From Malacoraja senta (Eukaryota), in NCBI GenBank assembly GCA_038087875.1, contig CM075989.1, forward strand, positions 10,976,001 through 11,036,000: a DNA stretch of 60,000 nt, read 5' to 3'. A model generated the notes under the pieces. That model was not told where the DNA came from and ran no database searches. It was given only the letters and a program-made list of their open reading frames with translations. Position numbers and translations under genes: made by a program. Positions within the stretch are counted from its first letter, which is position 1, and every line of letters starts with the position of its first letter. Below, in pieces: positions 10,427 to 24,848 of this stretch.

Positions 10427-13310
10427 ATGTGCTCGCAGGAAAAGTCAGAATATATCTCCTTCAATGCTGTGGGCATTGCCGACCGGTATCTCTACTCGAG
10501 CTCCCCATGGGCCTCCACCAGCGACTTTGCCAACCCTCACCTCTCCATCGCCCACCAGCGTGCCGGAGCCATCGCCTCACCTGACCCACAACCTCCACAA
10601 CGCACATTCCGAGAGCACGTGGTCGGACTCTGCTGGGTCCTATTGCCCCCCCCCCACCCTCCTACAGGGAACCAATGTAGTGATGGGTCTTCCCCTTCCC
10701 CCTCTTTTGACCAGGTTACCCCGACCACACCCCACCCATACAATAGTTCTCACAGCCCCCGCCTCTCTGAACACCCAACATCCCCCCCCCACCAGATCTC
10801 GCCTCGGCCTTTGTCCATTCCCCGGTCCTCCTCTGACCCCAACCGCCACCCTTGTCTTCACCATTCCCCCCCAGACCTTTCTGATAAGGAACGGTCTGTC
10901 CTTTGAAGGCCTCACCTTTGTTCCCCTTCGCCCCCTCACCCACAATGAGTTCCGGGTCCGCCACGACGTAGAGCTTTTCTTCCGTCGCCTCCGCTTTCCT
11001 TGCCTTTTTCTGTGGAAAGGTCCTCACCACCCAGTGATGACTCCTTTTCCACCGGTCCCCCTCCTCTTGGACTCCTCAGAACGACCTTCTACCCTCTCTA
11101 GACCTTCTTACTTCCAACTGCCGGGAGTGACATCAACCATCTCAACTTTTCAACTCCCCTACATACTCTAACCTCACCGACTCTGAAGGTACAGTCCTCC
11201 GCTCACTCTGCAGCAATCCTGATATTATAATCAAACCCGCTGACAAGGGAGGTGCCGTGGTAGTCTGGCACGCGGACCTCTACCGGGCTGAGGCCAGGCG
11301 ACAAATCTCAGACACCTCCTACTTATCCTTGGACCATGATCCCACAGACGAGCACCAGGCCTTAATCTCAAACACCATTACTGATTTCATCACTTCTGGC
11401 TGTCTGCCTTCCACAGCCTTCAACCTTATCATTTCCCAGCCCCGCACAGCCCGTTTTTACCTTCTCCCCAAAATCCACAAACACAACTGCCCTGGCAGAC
11501 CCATTGTTTCTGCCTGTTCCTGTCCCACCGAAATGATTTCCACGTGCCTCGACTCCTCCATCTTATCCACCACCCCCACGGTTCAATCTCTCCCGACCTA
11601 TGTCCAAGTTACCTCGCATGCCCTTCATCTCTTTAATGACCCGCTCTCCGAGCCCCCTCTCCCTCATTTTTACTACAGATATCCAGTCACTCTCCACCTC
11701 CATCCCCCACCAGGAAGGCCTTAAAGCCCTCCGTTTCTTCCTCGACCGCAGAACCATCCAATTTCCCTCTACTAACACTCCACTCCGCTTAGGGTCCTCA
11801 CCCTCAACAACTTCTCCTTTGACTCCTCCCATTTCCTCCAAGTCCAAGGCGTAGCTATGGGCACCCGCATGGGCCCCAGCTATCCCTGCCTCTTTGTAGG
11901 GTACATTGAACAATCCCTTTTCCGGGAGTACACTGGGCCCATCCCCAAACTCTATCTCCTTTACATTGATGACTGCATCGGTGCTACCTCCTGCATCCAT
12001 CCAGATCTCATGGACGTCATCAACTTCACCACCAATTTTCATCCTGCATTCATTTACTTGGACCATCTCTGTCACCTCCCTCCCCTTTTTTGATCTCACA
12101 GTCTCCATCACAAGAAATAGACTATTGACTGGCGTCTATTACAAACCTGCTGACTCCCACAACTATCTTGACTAGACTTCTTCCCACCCTGCTTCTCATC
12201 TCTATCCCCATCTCCCAATTCTTCCGTCGATGCCGCATCTGCACCCAAGATGAGGTGTTCCATACTAGAACATCTGAGATGTCCTCATTCTTTAGGGAAT
12301 GAGGGTTCCCCTCTCCCATCATAGATGAGGCCCTCACTCGTGTCTCCTCGGTACCCCGCAGCTCTGCCCTTGCACCCCGCCCCCTAGTTGCAACAGAAAC
12401 AGGGTTCCCCTAGTACTTACCTTCCACCCCATTAGCCATCGCATACAACACATAATCCTCTGAAATTTCCGCCACCTCCAACGGGATCCCACCACTAGCC
12501 ACATTTTCCCATCTCCATCCCTTTCTGCCTTCCGCAGAGACCGTTCCCTCCCCAACTCCCTGGTTAACTTATCCCTTCCCACCCAAACCACCCCCTCCCC
12601 AGGTACCTTCCCCAGCAACTGCAGAAGATGCAACACCTGTCATTATACCTCCTCCCTTGACTCTGTCCAGGGACCGTGACAGTCCTTTCAGGTTAGGCAG
12701 AGCTTCACTTGCACTTCCGCCAATCTCATCTACTGTATCCGTTGTTCAAGATGTGGACCCTTATACATCGGCGAGACCAAACGCAGGCTGGGCTGTCGTT
12801 TCGCAGAACACTTTTGTCAGCCTGCCTGAACCTACCTGATCTCCCGGTTGCTGGACACTTTAATTATCCTTCCCATTCCTACACAGACCTTTCTGTCCTC
12901 GGTCTCCTCCATTGTCAGCGTGAAGTTAAACGCAAATTCGAGGAACTGCATCTCATATTTCACTTGGGCAGCCTACAGCCCAGTGGCATGAATATTGATT
13001 TCTCTCACTTTAGGTAGCCCCGGCATTCCCTCTCTCTCTATCCATCCCCCACCCAAGTCGCATTAGCTTCTCATTTTCACCCTACAATGGCCCAATTCCT
13101 TTTTGCATAACTTTCATTCGTTGTTCTTTATCTCTCCACATCGTCTATATCTCTCGCTTCCCTTATCCCTAACCAGTCTGAAGAAGGGTCTCGACCCAAA
13201 ATGTCACCCATTCCTTCTCTCCAGAGATGCTGCCTGTCCCACTGAGTTACTCCAGCATTTTGCGTCTATCTTCAGCTTAAACCAGCATCTGCATTTCCTT
13301 CTTACACACT
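10427..13310 (+). mobile_element. Penelope-like retroelement (Neptune-type) with disrupted RT and GIY-YIG endonuclease
   Basis: IKPADKGGAVVVW, ARFYLLPKIHK..PGRPIVS, GVAMGTRMGPSY, YIDD, CRRCNTC, FTCTSANLIYCIRCSRCGPLYIGETKRRLGCRFAEH; several frameshifts and stops; 3' tail at 13175-13310; 5' boundary approximate. Confidence 0.92.
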
Positions 13311-14374
13311 AAAACTAAAGGCTGCAGGTTAAGGAGAGAGGAGAAAGATCTGAAAGGGATCCGAAGGTGAAGTATTACACACAGAGGGTGATGGGTATAT
13401 GGAATGAGCTGCCAAAGAATTGGAAGAGGCAGGTATAATTACAATGTTTAAAAGGTATTAGGACAGGTACATTGATTAGAAAGCTTTAGAGGATATGGGC
13501 CAAACATAGTTAAATGGAATGAGCGTAGATGGGCATCTTGATAGGCACAGATGAGTTGAGGCTGTAGTATGACGATGTCACTGATTTAAACTCAGGTACA
13601 GTTCCACAGCAGGCCTTGCAAGTTTGCTCATGTATTTATTCTTCAAGAAAGAGCCTGGGCATTGAGCACAGACAGAAATCCAACCTTGGCAGATTACATC
13701 ACAAGAAAACAGAAATGTTGGCCGTTTTTTATTCCATGCTCAAACCAGTGACAAGGAACAAGCCCCACGTAGGCAGCACCGTCTGCGTTTAACAATCATC
13801 CCTTTACTTCGCTCCATAGATGCTGCCTCACCCGCTGAGTTTCTCCAGCATTTTTGTTTACCTTCTATTTTCCAGCATCTGCAGTTCCTTCATAACCAAT
13901 TTAAATAACATCACACTATAATCTTTGACCTCCAGCCACATCAGGAACTAGGTGATTGAAAGCTTTCACTAAAGGGGACGTTTAAGGCGAGGTAAAGCAA
14001 AGGCACAGAAAATAAGGATTTAATGATGCTTGTAAAACCAGACAAACATTGAAGTCCATTGCTGCAGATCGTAAATTGGAAAGCACAGAATTCATTTTGA
14101 GCTCAGACATATCTTGATTTAGACCACAGATCCTACTGTGTATAATTCTCTGTAGCATATTAAAGTCATAGAGTCACAATTGTACAGAGAAGTAGGGTTT
14201 TCATCCCAACTAGTCTATGCCAACTAGGATGCCTACCTGAGCTGGACCCATATGCCCACATGTACCTGTCCAAATGTTTTTATAAAACATTGGAACAGTG
14301 GTTCAGATAAACAGTGACATTGAAAGGGAAACTGGCTAAACAGAAAGAAACGACAAATGCACGTTTTAGATTTA

Positions 14375-14640
14375 GTGGCACAGTGGTGCAGTGGTAGAGC
14401 TGCTGCCTTACAGCGTCACAGACCCGGGTTCGATCCTTTCATTTTGTAACCGCATGGGTTTGCTCCTGGTGCTCTGGTTTTCCCCCCTCACTCCAAAGAC
14501 ATACAGGTTTACAGGTTAATTGGCTTGTAAAATTATAAATTGTCCCTGGTATGTAGGATAGAACTACAAACAGGGTGATCGTGGTTGGTGCGGACTTGGT
14601 GGGCCCAAGGGCATGTTTCTGTGCTCTCTAATGTCTAAAT
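14375..14640 (+). mobile_element. tRNA-derived V-type SINE (HE1-like)
   Basis: Box A TGGTGCAGTGG (14384), box B GGTTCGATCC (14427), V-domain-like ggtgctctggttt...cactccaaagac, CR1-like 3' tail. Confidence 0.8.
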
Positions 14641-17239
14641 GCAGATATTGAGACTAATAAAAAACATAAAACGACTGCTGCATCTGTAGAAAGAAACACA
14701 ATTCAGTGGCCATCTGCTGCATTAACACATTGTTGAAGGTATATCCCAGCTACTCACTACAACACAGTTCAAAACAAGTTTGTTTTGTCACTTAATATTC
14801 TGCTGTTTATGTAACCAGGGGGCCCTCCCAATGCTAAAAAGGTGGAGTTTGCATGATTGGATTCTATGCCTCAGTGTTTAGACCATCTGCGTGAATTACT
14901 TTGTCCAGGAAAGGTGAATGAACATTCAAAGGTGTCTTGTCCGTTATTGCAATATAAAATGCAATTCAATGGAACCATTTGCCAGACTCAAAACGATGAG
15001 GTCTGGATAAGGGTCCCAAACCAAAATGTCACCCAACCACTTTCTCCAGAGATGCTGCCTGACCCGCCGAATTACTCCAGCATTTTGTGCCTTTCAAAAT
15101 ATTGTATTGTTGCTGTTAGAATATAACATAGAACAGTACAGCACAAGGACAAGCCTTTCGGCCCACAATGTCTATACCGGACATGATACCAGCCAACTCC
15201 ATAATCTATATCCCTACAAATCCATGTGCCTTTCCAAAAATCTTGAGTACCATTGTCATACCAGCCTCAGCAGTGCGTTCCAGGCACCTACCACCCTGTG
15301 TAAAAAAACTTGCCCCACACATCTCATAAACTTTGCCTCTTTCACCTTAAAGTAATGCCCTCTAGTATTTGATATTTCCATCCTGTGAAAAAGGTTCTGA
15401 CTATTTACCATATCTATGCCTCTCATAAGTTTAAATACATCTATCAAGTGTCAACATCTGCAGTTTCAGGGAAAACAATCCAAGTCTGTCCAACCTCTCC
15501 CTGCAGACAATACCCCTTAATCCAGACATCATTCTAGAAAATCTCCTCTGCTAAATTGTATGGAATCACCTGCTGTAACCTTTGATCTTAAGAGTACAAA
15601 AAGTTGGTGCATTTTGAGTTTGGAGAGATTCTAGAGAAATCTCCAAGAGAATGCCTGCACCTCAAGACAAAAAGATCTTTTGTATCCAACCTGCTTAAGT
15701 TGCCAAGTGACACAATTTCTTAAGTCACAACAGTACAGAAAAAGCACCTGCTTCCACCTCCAAAATCCAAGCTGGACATTAACTGAAGGCATCTGGAAAA
15801 TATCAGCTCTCTAGAGCTCGAGTCCAAACACCCTGCTTGAAAGACATCCATGAACTGTAGACTAACCGCAAATTATCCTCCTCCCTTAGAGAAGGGATGA
15901 TCAACTTTACTGTACCACCAAACCACACATACATTTCAGTCAGATGAAGTGTTGGGAAATTGGTTAATTAGCTGGACAAGGAATTGCTTTTACGGAACAT
16001 TATTGGATCAGATCATTATTTGCATAACAAGTTGTCAGGGTATAAATTACACCCTAGTGGTGCAGGAAGACTCAATTATGGAAAATAACTGGAGTAGTAA
16101 GTTCTGTACTCTTGACAACAGGTGACAGAGGTTAACACTGAACGGTGAACTAAATCATTTCGTAGTTTGAAAAGCAAAACCATCCAAAATAAAATGTAAA
16201 TTACGGCAAGTGGAACTGGTTAAACATCCATCAAAAATCTTGAGCATGTCACTTTGTTCTGCCATAATACTACTCCAAAATGTTAGAGTTACTGTAGTGT
16301 GACCACTGAGACATGACAAGTCTGAAATGTTTGTTCATCATGCAGAAGTTTTGCAGACTTTATTTTCACCCTTCATCATCACCATGGCAACTTCCAACAT
16401 TCCAAAAAAAATGCCAAGGGGTTTCAGAGAAGTGCAAATGATAAATAACCAACATATGCCAGTAATAGGTCTTTAACTCGCACCTTAAATGAGAAAAGAT
16501 AGAAAGTCAGAAATCTAGTGAGACAAGGATTTCTAGTACACAAGAGCCCTAATAGCTGAATGCACAGTTGCCAAATTCAGGGATGAGCACAAGCCAGAAA
16601 TGGAGTGCTAAGAATCCAAATGGCCCTAGGGCTGGAGATTACAGAAATAGGCATAGGGCTCTGCAAGGATATGAAAACAAATGAAGTAAAACCCCAGGTA
16701 GACACAAAATGCTGGAGAAACTCAGCAGGATAGGCAGCATCTCTGGCGAGAAGGAATGGGCAACGTTTCGGGTCGAGATCCTTCTTCAGACTGAGGAGAC
16801 TAAAGTAATACCCCGTTAGTTCATGACACCCCCTCTCCAAGGTCCAGGGACAAATTGGCTAATGTAGTTTCCTAATCTACAAAGGTATGTCAGTAGCCTT
16901 CCAAAGTAATCTGATTGAAACATGCAACATTCTTACAAGCTTGGCACGGTATATGCAGGGAGGATGATCCCCATGGTTGGGTGTTTAATACCAGGGATCA
17001 CTGTCTCAAAGCAAGGGGTCAGCCATTCGACAGAGGGGAAGTTTCTTCACCCCGAGGTTAGTGAACGTACCGACAAAGATTGTGGAGCCTCAGTTATATT
17101 CCGGACAGATTAATAGATTTTTAAATGTTAATGGAATCAAGGAATATTTAAATCAGTTATGTCTTTAATGAACAATAAAGCAAATGCAGGGCCCAGGATC
17201 ACATAGTCTTACTTCCCTGTCATGTTCTTGCATTTAGTT

Positions 17240-17535
17240 TCAGTTTAATTTAGAAATATAGTACGAAACAGGCCATTTGGCCCACAGAATCCATGTACAC
17301 ACTAGTTCTATGTCATCACACTTTTTCATCCACTCCCTACCTACTTGGAGTCATTTTACAATTAACCTATAAACCCACATGTCTTTGAGAGGAAACCGGA
17401 GCACCCGGCAAAAATCCACGACCTCACAGGGAGAACGTGCAAAAGACACACAGACAGCGACTGAGGTGAGAATCAAACCCTGGTCTCTGAAGCCGAGAGA
17501 CAATAGCTCTACCAGCTGCATCGCTGCGTTGCCCC
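17240..17535 (-). mobile_element. tRNA-derived V-type SINE (HE1-like)
   Basis: Reverse complement of the SINE at 14375; further partial copies near 23550-23795, 30705-30988, 37031-37560 and 39020-39180. Confidence 0.75.
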
Positions 17536-18942
17536 ATATTGTTCCAATCCAAAACATCGTCTGTCCCTTTCCTTCCACAAATGCTGCCTGAACCACTTCA
17601 TTCCTCCGGTAGTATATAATCAAAGTGGGTTCCTTCGCTTTAAAATAATGGATTTAGTTGGCAATAATTAGTTCTGCGCCAATCCAATAACTATTTCCTC
17701 CACATCAACATACTCCACAGGGATGTCAACTGAGGAAAATAAGGCAGCCACTCACCTCCTTGAGACAATGCTCCCAAGGAAGGTGATGCATTTACCCGCC
17801 TTACAAAGATATTTAAAATCATTGTTAATCATTTCAAGTCAATCATTTAAAATAACAAAAATCAATTTTGAAATTCCAGCATCCACACTGCCTTTTGGAG
17901 GGGGGGAGTTGCAGGTTTCCACGGCAACTAATGTGTTAGCCTTCATCCTGGCATTATTTAAGTGCCACGAGTTCTAATTTTATCTTGCCCCACAACCTTT
18001 CCTGTCAATGGAAATTGTGTCTAATTTTTAGGTCTCCCAGGGAAGAAGGAAAAGAGAAATAAAACTCATCATTCTGAAATGAAAGCAGGGAATGCGAGGG
18101 TCAGGAAGTGAGATGGTATAAAAGCATGGTCATTATGTTAGTGGATCTGTAGCAGGGTGCTGGATCATTGATGTAGTAACACGAGCTCCAATCCCACCAA
18201 GTCGATTACGGAACTTAAATCAACCGGGCATTAAACCGCATATCGATGATGGTAAAGGTAATGGGTGGTTAGCAATCACAGGAGAGACCTTCAAGGAGGA
18301 GCGTGGTGCCAGTCTTCTGTGAGAGTACAAGGATCTAGCAGGGAGAGATGGTGTGGAAAGAGGACAAAGGCAGGGGTGACTGAAGATGGTAGTGGCCTAA
18401 AAAGAGGGTGTAGTCAAAATACACGTTTGCGCCATGTGTGCTTTTGATCAATAATACAGTGCACATACATGTGCTAGGTCTCTGTAGCATGATCTGGCCT
18501 CATATCGACTTGGAGCTCATTGCCACTGCTCTTTCAAACCCAAATGATAGCTGCCACCTTCTGTTATGCAGAAGCATCTTCTATTCAGTACTGAAGTTCT
18601 TCAGGGAAGGAAATCTGCCACCCTCATCTAATCTGGCCATTGATTGTCTCAAGACCCAGCAACATGGTTGGTTCTCAACAGCCTCATCTGTTTGGGGCCA
18701 CTTAGAGAAGGACAATAAATGCTGGCACTGTCTATGACTCAGTGAGGCAGTGAAATCTGCTAAATGTTCACATTGTCAAAATAAACAGATATCTTATCAC
18801 AACACTATAACCTTGGGCCTGTAGCCTCATTGCCATGTATCTTTTTTAGATTAGAGACTGATAGATGAGTGATCTAACTCATCCAATGACAACACAATCA
18901 ACTAATAACAATAGTCTTAGATATAGATACACCAATCATGGA

Positions 18943-20370
18943 GAAACATAGAAACATAGAAAATAGGTGCAGGAGTAGGCCATTCGATATGATCATGGCT
19001 GATCATCCAACTCAGTATCCTGTACCTGCTTTCTCTCCATACCCCCTGATCCCTTTAGCCACAAGGGCCGCATCTAACTCCCTCTTAAATATAGCCAATG
19101 AACTGGCCTCAACTACCTTCTGTGGCAGAGAATTCCAGAGATTCACCACTCTCTGTGTGAAAAATGTTTTCCTCATCTCGGTCCTAAAAGATTTCCCCCT
19201 TATCCTTAAACTGTGACCCCTTGTTCTGGACTTCCCCAACATCGGGAACAATCTACCTGCATCTAGCCTGTCCAACCCCTTAAGAATTTTGTACGTTTCT
19301 ATAAGATCCCCCCTCAATCTTCTAAATTCTAGCGAGTATAAACCGAGTCTATCCAGTCTTTCTTCATATGAAAGTCCTGACATCCCAGGAATCAGTCTGG
19401 TGAACCTTCTCTGTACTCCCTCTATGGCAAGAATGTCTTTCCTCAGATTAGGAGACCAAAACTGTACGCAATAGTCCAGGTGTGGTCTCACCAAGACCCT
19501 GTACAACTGCAGTAGAACCTCCCTGCTCCTATACTCAAATCCTTTTGCTATGAATGCTAACATACCATTTGCCTTCTTCACTGCCTGCTGCACCTGCATG
19601 CCTACTTTTAATGACTGGTGTACCATGACACCCAGGTCTCGTTGCATCTCCTTTTCCTAATCGGCCACCATTCAGATAATAGTCTACTTTCCTGTTTTTG
19701 CCACCAAAGTGGATAACCTCACATTTATCCACATTATACTGCATCTGCCATGCATTTGCCCACTCACCCAGCCTATCCAAGTCACCTTGCAGCCTCCGAG
19801 CATCCTCCTCACAGCTAACACTGCCCCCCAGCTTCGTGTCATCCGCAAACTTGGAGATGTTGCATTCAATTCCCTCGTCCAAATCATTAATATATATCGT
19901 AAATAGCTGGGGTCCCAGCACTGAGCCTTGCGGTACCCCACTAGTCACTGCCTGCCATTGTGAAAAGGACCCGTTTATTCCTACTCTTTGCTTCCTGTCT
20001 GCCAGCCAGTTCTCTATCCACATCAATACTGAACCCCCAATACCGTGTGCTTTAAGTTTGTATACTAATCTCTTATGTGGGACCTTGTCGAAAGCCTTCT
20101 GAAAGTCCAGATATAACACATCCACTGGTTCTCCCTTATCCACTCTACTAGTTACATCCTCAAAAAATTCTATAAGATTCGTCAGACATGATTTACCTTT
20201 CATAAATCCATGCTGACTTTGTCCAATGATTTCACCACTTTCCAAATGTGCTGCTATCCCATCTTTAATAACTGATTCTAGCAGTTTCCCCACTACCGAC
20301 GTTAGACTAACTGGTCTGTAATTCCCCGTTTTCTCTCTCCCTCCCGCTTTCTCTCTCCCTCCCTTTTTAA
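18943..20370 (-). mobile_element. Young 5'-truncated CR1 LINE, RT domain nearly intact
   Basis: ORFs 19535-20293 and 19012-19647 give YLDFQKAFDKVPH, GVPQGSVLGPQLF, FADD, RPHLDYCVQFWSP; one frameshift near 19650; (TTCTATGT)n tail. Confidence 0.95.
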
Positions 20371-23300
20371 AGAAGCTATTATATCAGGAGTTTGTACAGA
20401 CAACTGTCGGCAATTGTTGATCTATAAATCACTAGAGGCAGATGTCTACAACGGGATATGGAAAACATTCTTCAGACTGATTGCATAAGAACCAAATGAA
20501 TCCGTACATTTCTTCATCACAATTGGAACCAACAAATCCAATTTTGGGACTGGGAGAGATCCACACCCAGACTTTTTTCTCTTTCAGGTACAAACCCATT
20601 TTCCCCCCAGAGTTTTATCTACACTCCAGGAATATTCATCCCTCTAGTCCTCCTTCTTGCAAAGGAAAGACAATTGGACAATGAAAATAAAATGTTGGTC
20701 CAGACTCCAAAAGACTGGTTATCAAAGTAGATAGCTGGTCGCTTGTGATTTACTCTCTTCAAAGTCCACAATATTGTCAAGTTATCTTTAAAACCGAACA
20801 CACACAGCTTAATCACTTTAGCTTCAGTGTCTGCTGCTACCAAATACTACTTGATCACAAAATGGGGCAGTTCCCTATGCAGCAACAAATAGAACCTTTA
20901 ACACATCTTGGCACCAAAAACTGGTCTGTTGAAATCAGCAGATAAGACAGTACTGAAAGAAAACTACAAAGTCATCAATTTGCTGTTCAAATCCAAGTCT
21001 AAACATGTTATTTCAATCATCAAACCTCACCACTCCCAGTCACACACAAGAACAATAAGTTAACAAACACATTATCCCTCGATATTCAATATTTAACAAT
21101 CTATGAATCAGTCCATAGATCACCTCAGTCTGAACTTTCTTGGCTCAGTCTCTAGTCCAAATTCAAACACAAAAACTGAGCAGGGAACACTCAAACAATG
21201 ATCAAGAGCATCGCTTGATTTGGCCCACTGAGTAATTCCAAGCTCACATTACCAGAGACTCCAGGCATTGGATCTTATTACTATTTATTCACACAGGACA
21301 CTGGGAATGCTGGTGTGCATCATCCATCCATGATTGGTCCTGATGAATGAAGGCGATGGGAACATGGAACTCATAACTACAGGAATTGCCAGATGACTGA
21401 TCCAATTGCTCTGCATCAGTTGTGTTAAGCTCACCAATGTGGAGTTGAAGTGTAGCCAGAATTTGAGGTGCTATCCCTTTTGTGTATTCAAAGAGGACTA
21501 TAACCCCTCTGAAGATACTGCCCCCAATGGGCTGCAGTTTGCCGAATCTGTTGGTCTACATGAGAAGGAATAGGGCAAGAACCTGACCACTTGGGTGCCG
21601 CTTGGTGAATGAAACTGTTTATTGTCTGGCATGGTTGTTGCTTCAGGTTTTTCCTGAGTAGAGATGTTTGCACAATAATGGAAGACCTCATCTGCTGCAT
21701 TCCGGTAAGATTAAAACATTGATCCATTGTCAGCCTGTGGATGGGTTAACTGGAGTTTTAGGGGTACTGAATTAAAGCAATTTGGCTCAGAAAACCTGGT
21801 TTTTATTCTAGGATTGTTACCCATGTTTAATGGGCAATCATGTGACCCCATTTTACTGAACATAAAATTAGTACACAGGCCATTCAGCTCTTGTTTATGC
21901 CTTCTGACACCTTGTCCTCCCCCCACCCCACCCACTTGTGTTTATTCATCATGCCTTTACTTTGATCCTTGCCAGTCATCTGGCAATTCCTGTAGTTACG
22001 AGTTCCATAACTTCAGACGTCCCTGACTTCAACGAAAGTTTGGGATTTTTGGCATCATAGTCTAATGCAGAAAGCTGTTTTTTTCCCCCAGCTAACCAGC
22101 CTTAGCCAATGTATTAGCTATTACACTCTTCACTAGTCCTGGGGAAAAATTATGAGGCAAATGGGCAATGGACCAGATGCTGGTATAGATAGTATAGATG
22201 GGCATTGACTGGCACAGATATGATGGGCCAAAGGGCCGGTTTCTGTGATAAACAACGAGTATCATCTCAACACCTCACACCACGACTGTGGGAAAACCAC
22301 CACCTTCAAGGCACACAATACAACTCAAATATGTAGACAAGATGTGAATCCTGAAATTCAGAGTTTTAGAAATTCTCCAATTTACTGGGTCAAAATCATT
22401 CCAAACGTGTGAATATCTTGACCTGAAGATGGATTGTGACGGTTTAAGAAGGAGCTCACCACCAGCTTCTCGAGGACCTGTGTATGGACAAGAAATGTTG
22501 ACCTTACCATAAAAACTAACTAATAGAAAAAAAATCAGCATTGTGGTGTCTACTGCCTGTTGAATCACAGTAACATAATTTGCTTTGAATACAGGAAAGT
22601 ATTTTAATCCCTTTTCAGGCAGATTTACACAGACACAAAGAAAGAATGGGTCATTCACAGAACTGAGGAGGGAAGTACAATTGGGTAACAGTTTGGAATG
22701 TTAATAACTTATACTCAGAATAGATCCCTAAAATGACTACCATTGTTGAGCAGTGATTGGGTTTAACATATAGGCATAAACAACAGGAGCAGAAGTCACA
22801 CATGCACCCCGTCGAGCCTTTCCAATATTCCACGGCTGATCGGAGCTGGAACTTTCCTGCCTGTTCCCCATAACCCTTGACCCCCATAGTCTAAAAACTT
22901 ATTTCAGCTTTGAATATATTTAAACGATTTAGCCTCCACTTCTCCGGTTAAGATAAATTTCAAAGACTCATCTCTCAGAAGAAATCCTTACCCAGGATTG
23001 GGGAATCGGATGAAGGGTCCGACCCGAAACGTCACATGTCAAAGGTCTTCAGATATGCTGCCTGGCCTGCTGTCGCTCCAGCACATCGTGTCTTTTTTTG
23101 TAAACCAGCATCTGCAGTTCCTTATATCTAGGAGAACCTTTTACCCACAGTAGCAAATCAAACACAAGAGGTCATACGTTTAAGGTGAAAGGGGCAAGAT
23201 TTATTAATACACACTCGAGGGGCAACGTTTTCACTCAGAGGGGTGGGTATATGGAATGAGCTGATCTATGAGAAGATAGTTGAGGCAGATAATATGACAT

Positions 23301-23976
23301 AATTTAAATGACACTTGGACAAGTACACGGATAGGAAAGGTTTAGACGAATATAGGTCGAACACGGGTAAGTTTGACCAACTTAGATGGGGCATATTGGT
23401 ATGGATGGACGATTTGAGCCGAAGGGCCTGTTTCCATGCTGTATTACTCTAAATTACTTATCTCCTTAAACTGCTTTCTTTGCGATACTGGAGAAGAAAA
23501 GGAGACCCGATAAAGGTATCTAAAATACGAGGCATAGACAGGGGACACAGGGCATCACAGTAGTACATCAGTAGAGTTGCTGCCGGAGTTTACATGTCCT
23601 CCGTGACCACGTGGGTTTGTTCCAGGTGCTCCAGTTTGCTCTCATACTCCAAGGACATGCGGCTTTTGTACATTAATTGGCTACTGTAAACTGCCCTGAG
23701 TGTGCAGGGTAGAACTAGTGTCTGGGCGATTGCTGGTCAGTGTGGACTCGGTGGGCTGAAGGGCCCGTTTCCACTCTGTATCCCTAAAACTAAATTGGAA
23801 CCGTTTCCCCAGGATGGAAATATCAAATACCAGAGGGTATTGCTTTAAGGTAAGGTGCAAAGTTTAAAGGAGATATGCAGGGCAAGGGTTTTTTTAAACG
23901 CAGAGGGCATTTGGTGACTGGAACAAGCTACCAGTGGAAGTTGTAGTGGCATTTAAGAGGCTTTTGGATAGGCACA

Positions 23977-24848
23977 GAAACCAGCTAAAGAAGGGGGGTG
24001 GCGTCCTGTACGGGTATGGCTGCCCAGCCTGTAGCTGTCTGTTTTTTCTCCCTCTCTCTTTTTTTATTTTTTTTAGTTAGTTGAGTTTTTTGTTTTCGGA
24101 GTTCTGGCCTTTTTTATGTGGGGGTGGGGGAAGGGGGAAACTGCTTTCTAGGGTCCCTACCTGGTCGGAGGCGGCTTTTCTCCGGGCTGCACCGTCGACC
24201 CGTCCTCGCGGCCTACCAGCGGGTCTGGAGCGGCGTTTCCTGAGGGGACCACCCAGAACCTCGGCTTCGGTGGCGGCACAGCACTGGAGCACTATCGCGG
24301 AGCAGAGCGGGCGATGCCTTGCCCGGGTCGCCGCGCTGGAGCTCCGGTGAGCTGAAGACCGCCGATGAAACATCGCGAAGCTGCGGGTCTGTGGAGCGGC
24401 CAGCCGCAGCCGGCGGCGCTGACTTTAACATCAGGAGCCTGGGATCTCTCGCCTAGATCGCCAGTGGTGGAGCTCCATCCAGCGCGGGCCTGTTGGCTTC
24501 GGAAGCCGCGGCCTCCGGTAACAAAGTGACCGTTCCAGGCACCCCGAGCCGCTGAGAGGATTCTCCCGACGCCGGAGCACCATCACCCAGCGAAGAAGGG
24601 CCTGTAACATTGGCCCCCGTAGCGGCGACTGCGGAGGCCTCAATAGGCCCGACTATGGGTGGACAAGGGGATGGGGACTGGACTCTGTGCCTTCCCTCAC
24701 AGTGGGAACCATTGTGGGGGGATGTTTTTTATGTTCATTGTTAAATTCTTTAATGTTGTGTCTTATCTTTATCTGTGTGCTGCATGGCAAGACAAATTTC
24801 ATTACACCAATTGGTGTACGTGATAATAAATGTCCTTTGTACCTTTGT
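23977..24848 (+). mobile_element. GC-rich non-coding retroposon-like element with LINE-type tail, inserted in a CR1
   Basis: Splits CR1 ggataggcac|acatggatatgcagg; ends aaatttcattacacc...ggtgtacgtgataataaa plus a tandem cctttgt(a) tail. Confidence 0.6.

Noticed and set aside
14375..14440. tRNA gene
   Set aside because: The A and B boxes are the head of a SINE; there is no full cloverleaf and it runs into SINE body and tail
24077..24643. GC-rich ORFs as a host gene or promoter
   Set aside because: The region interrupts a CR1 and ends in a retroposon-type tail
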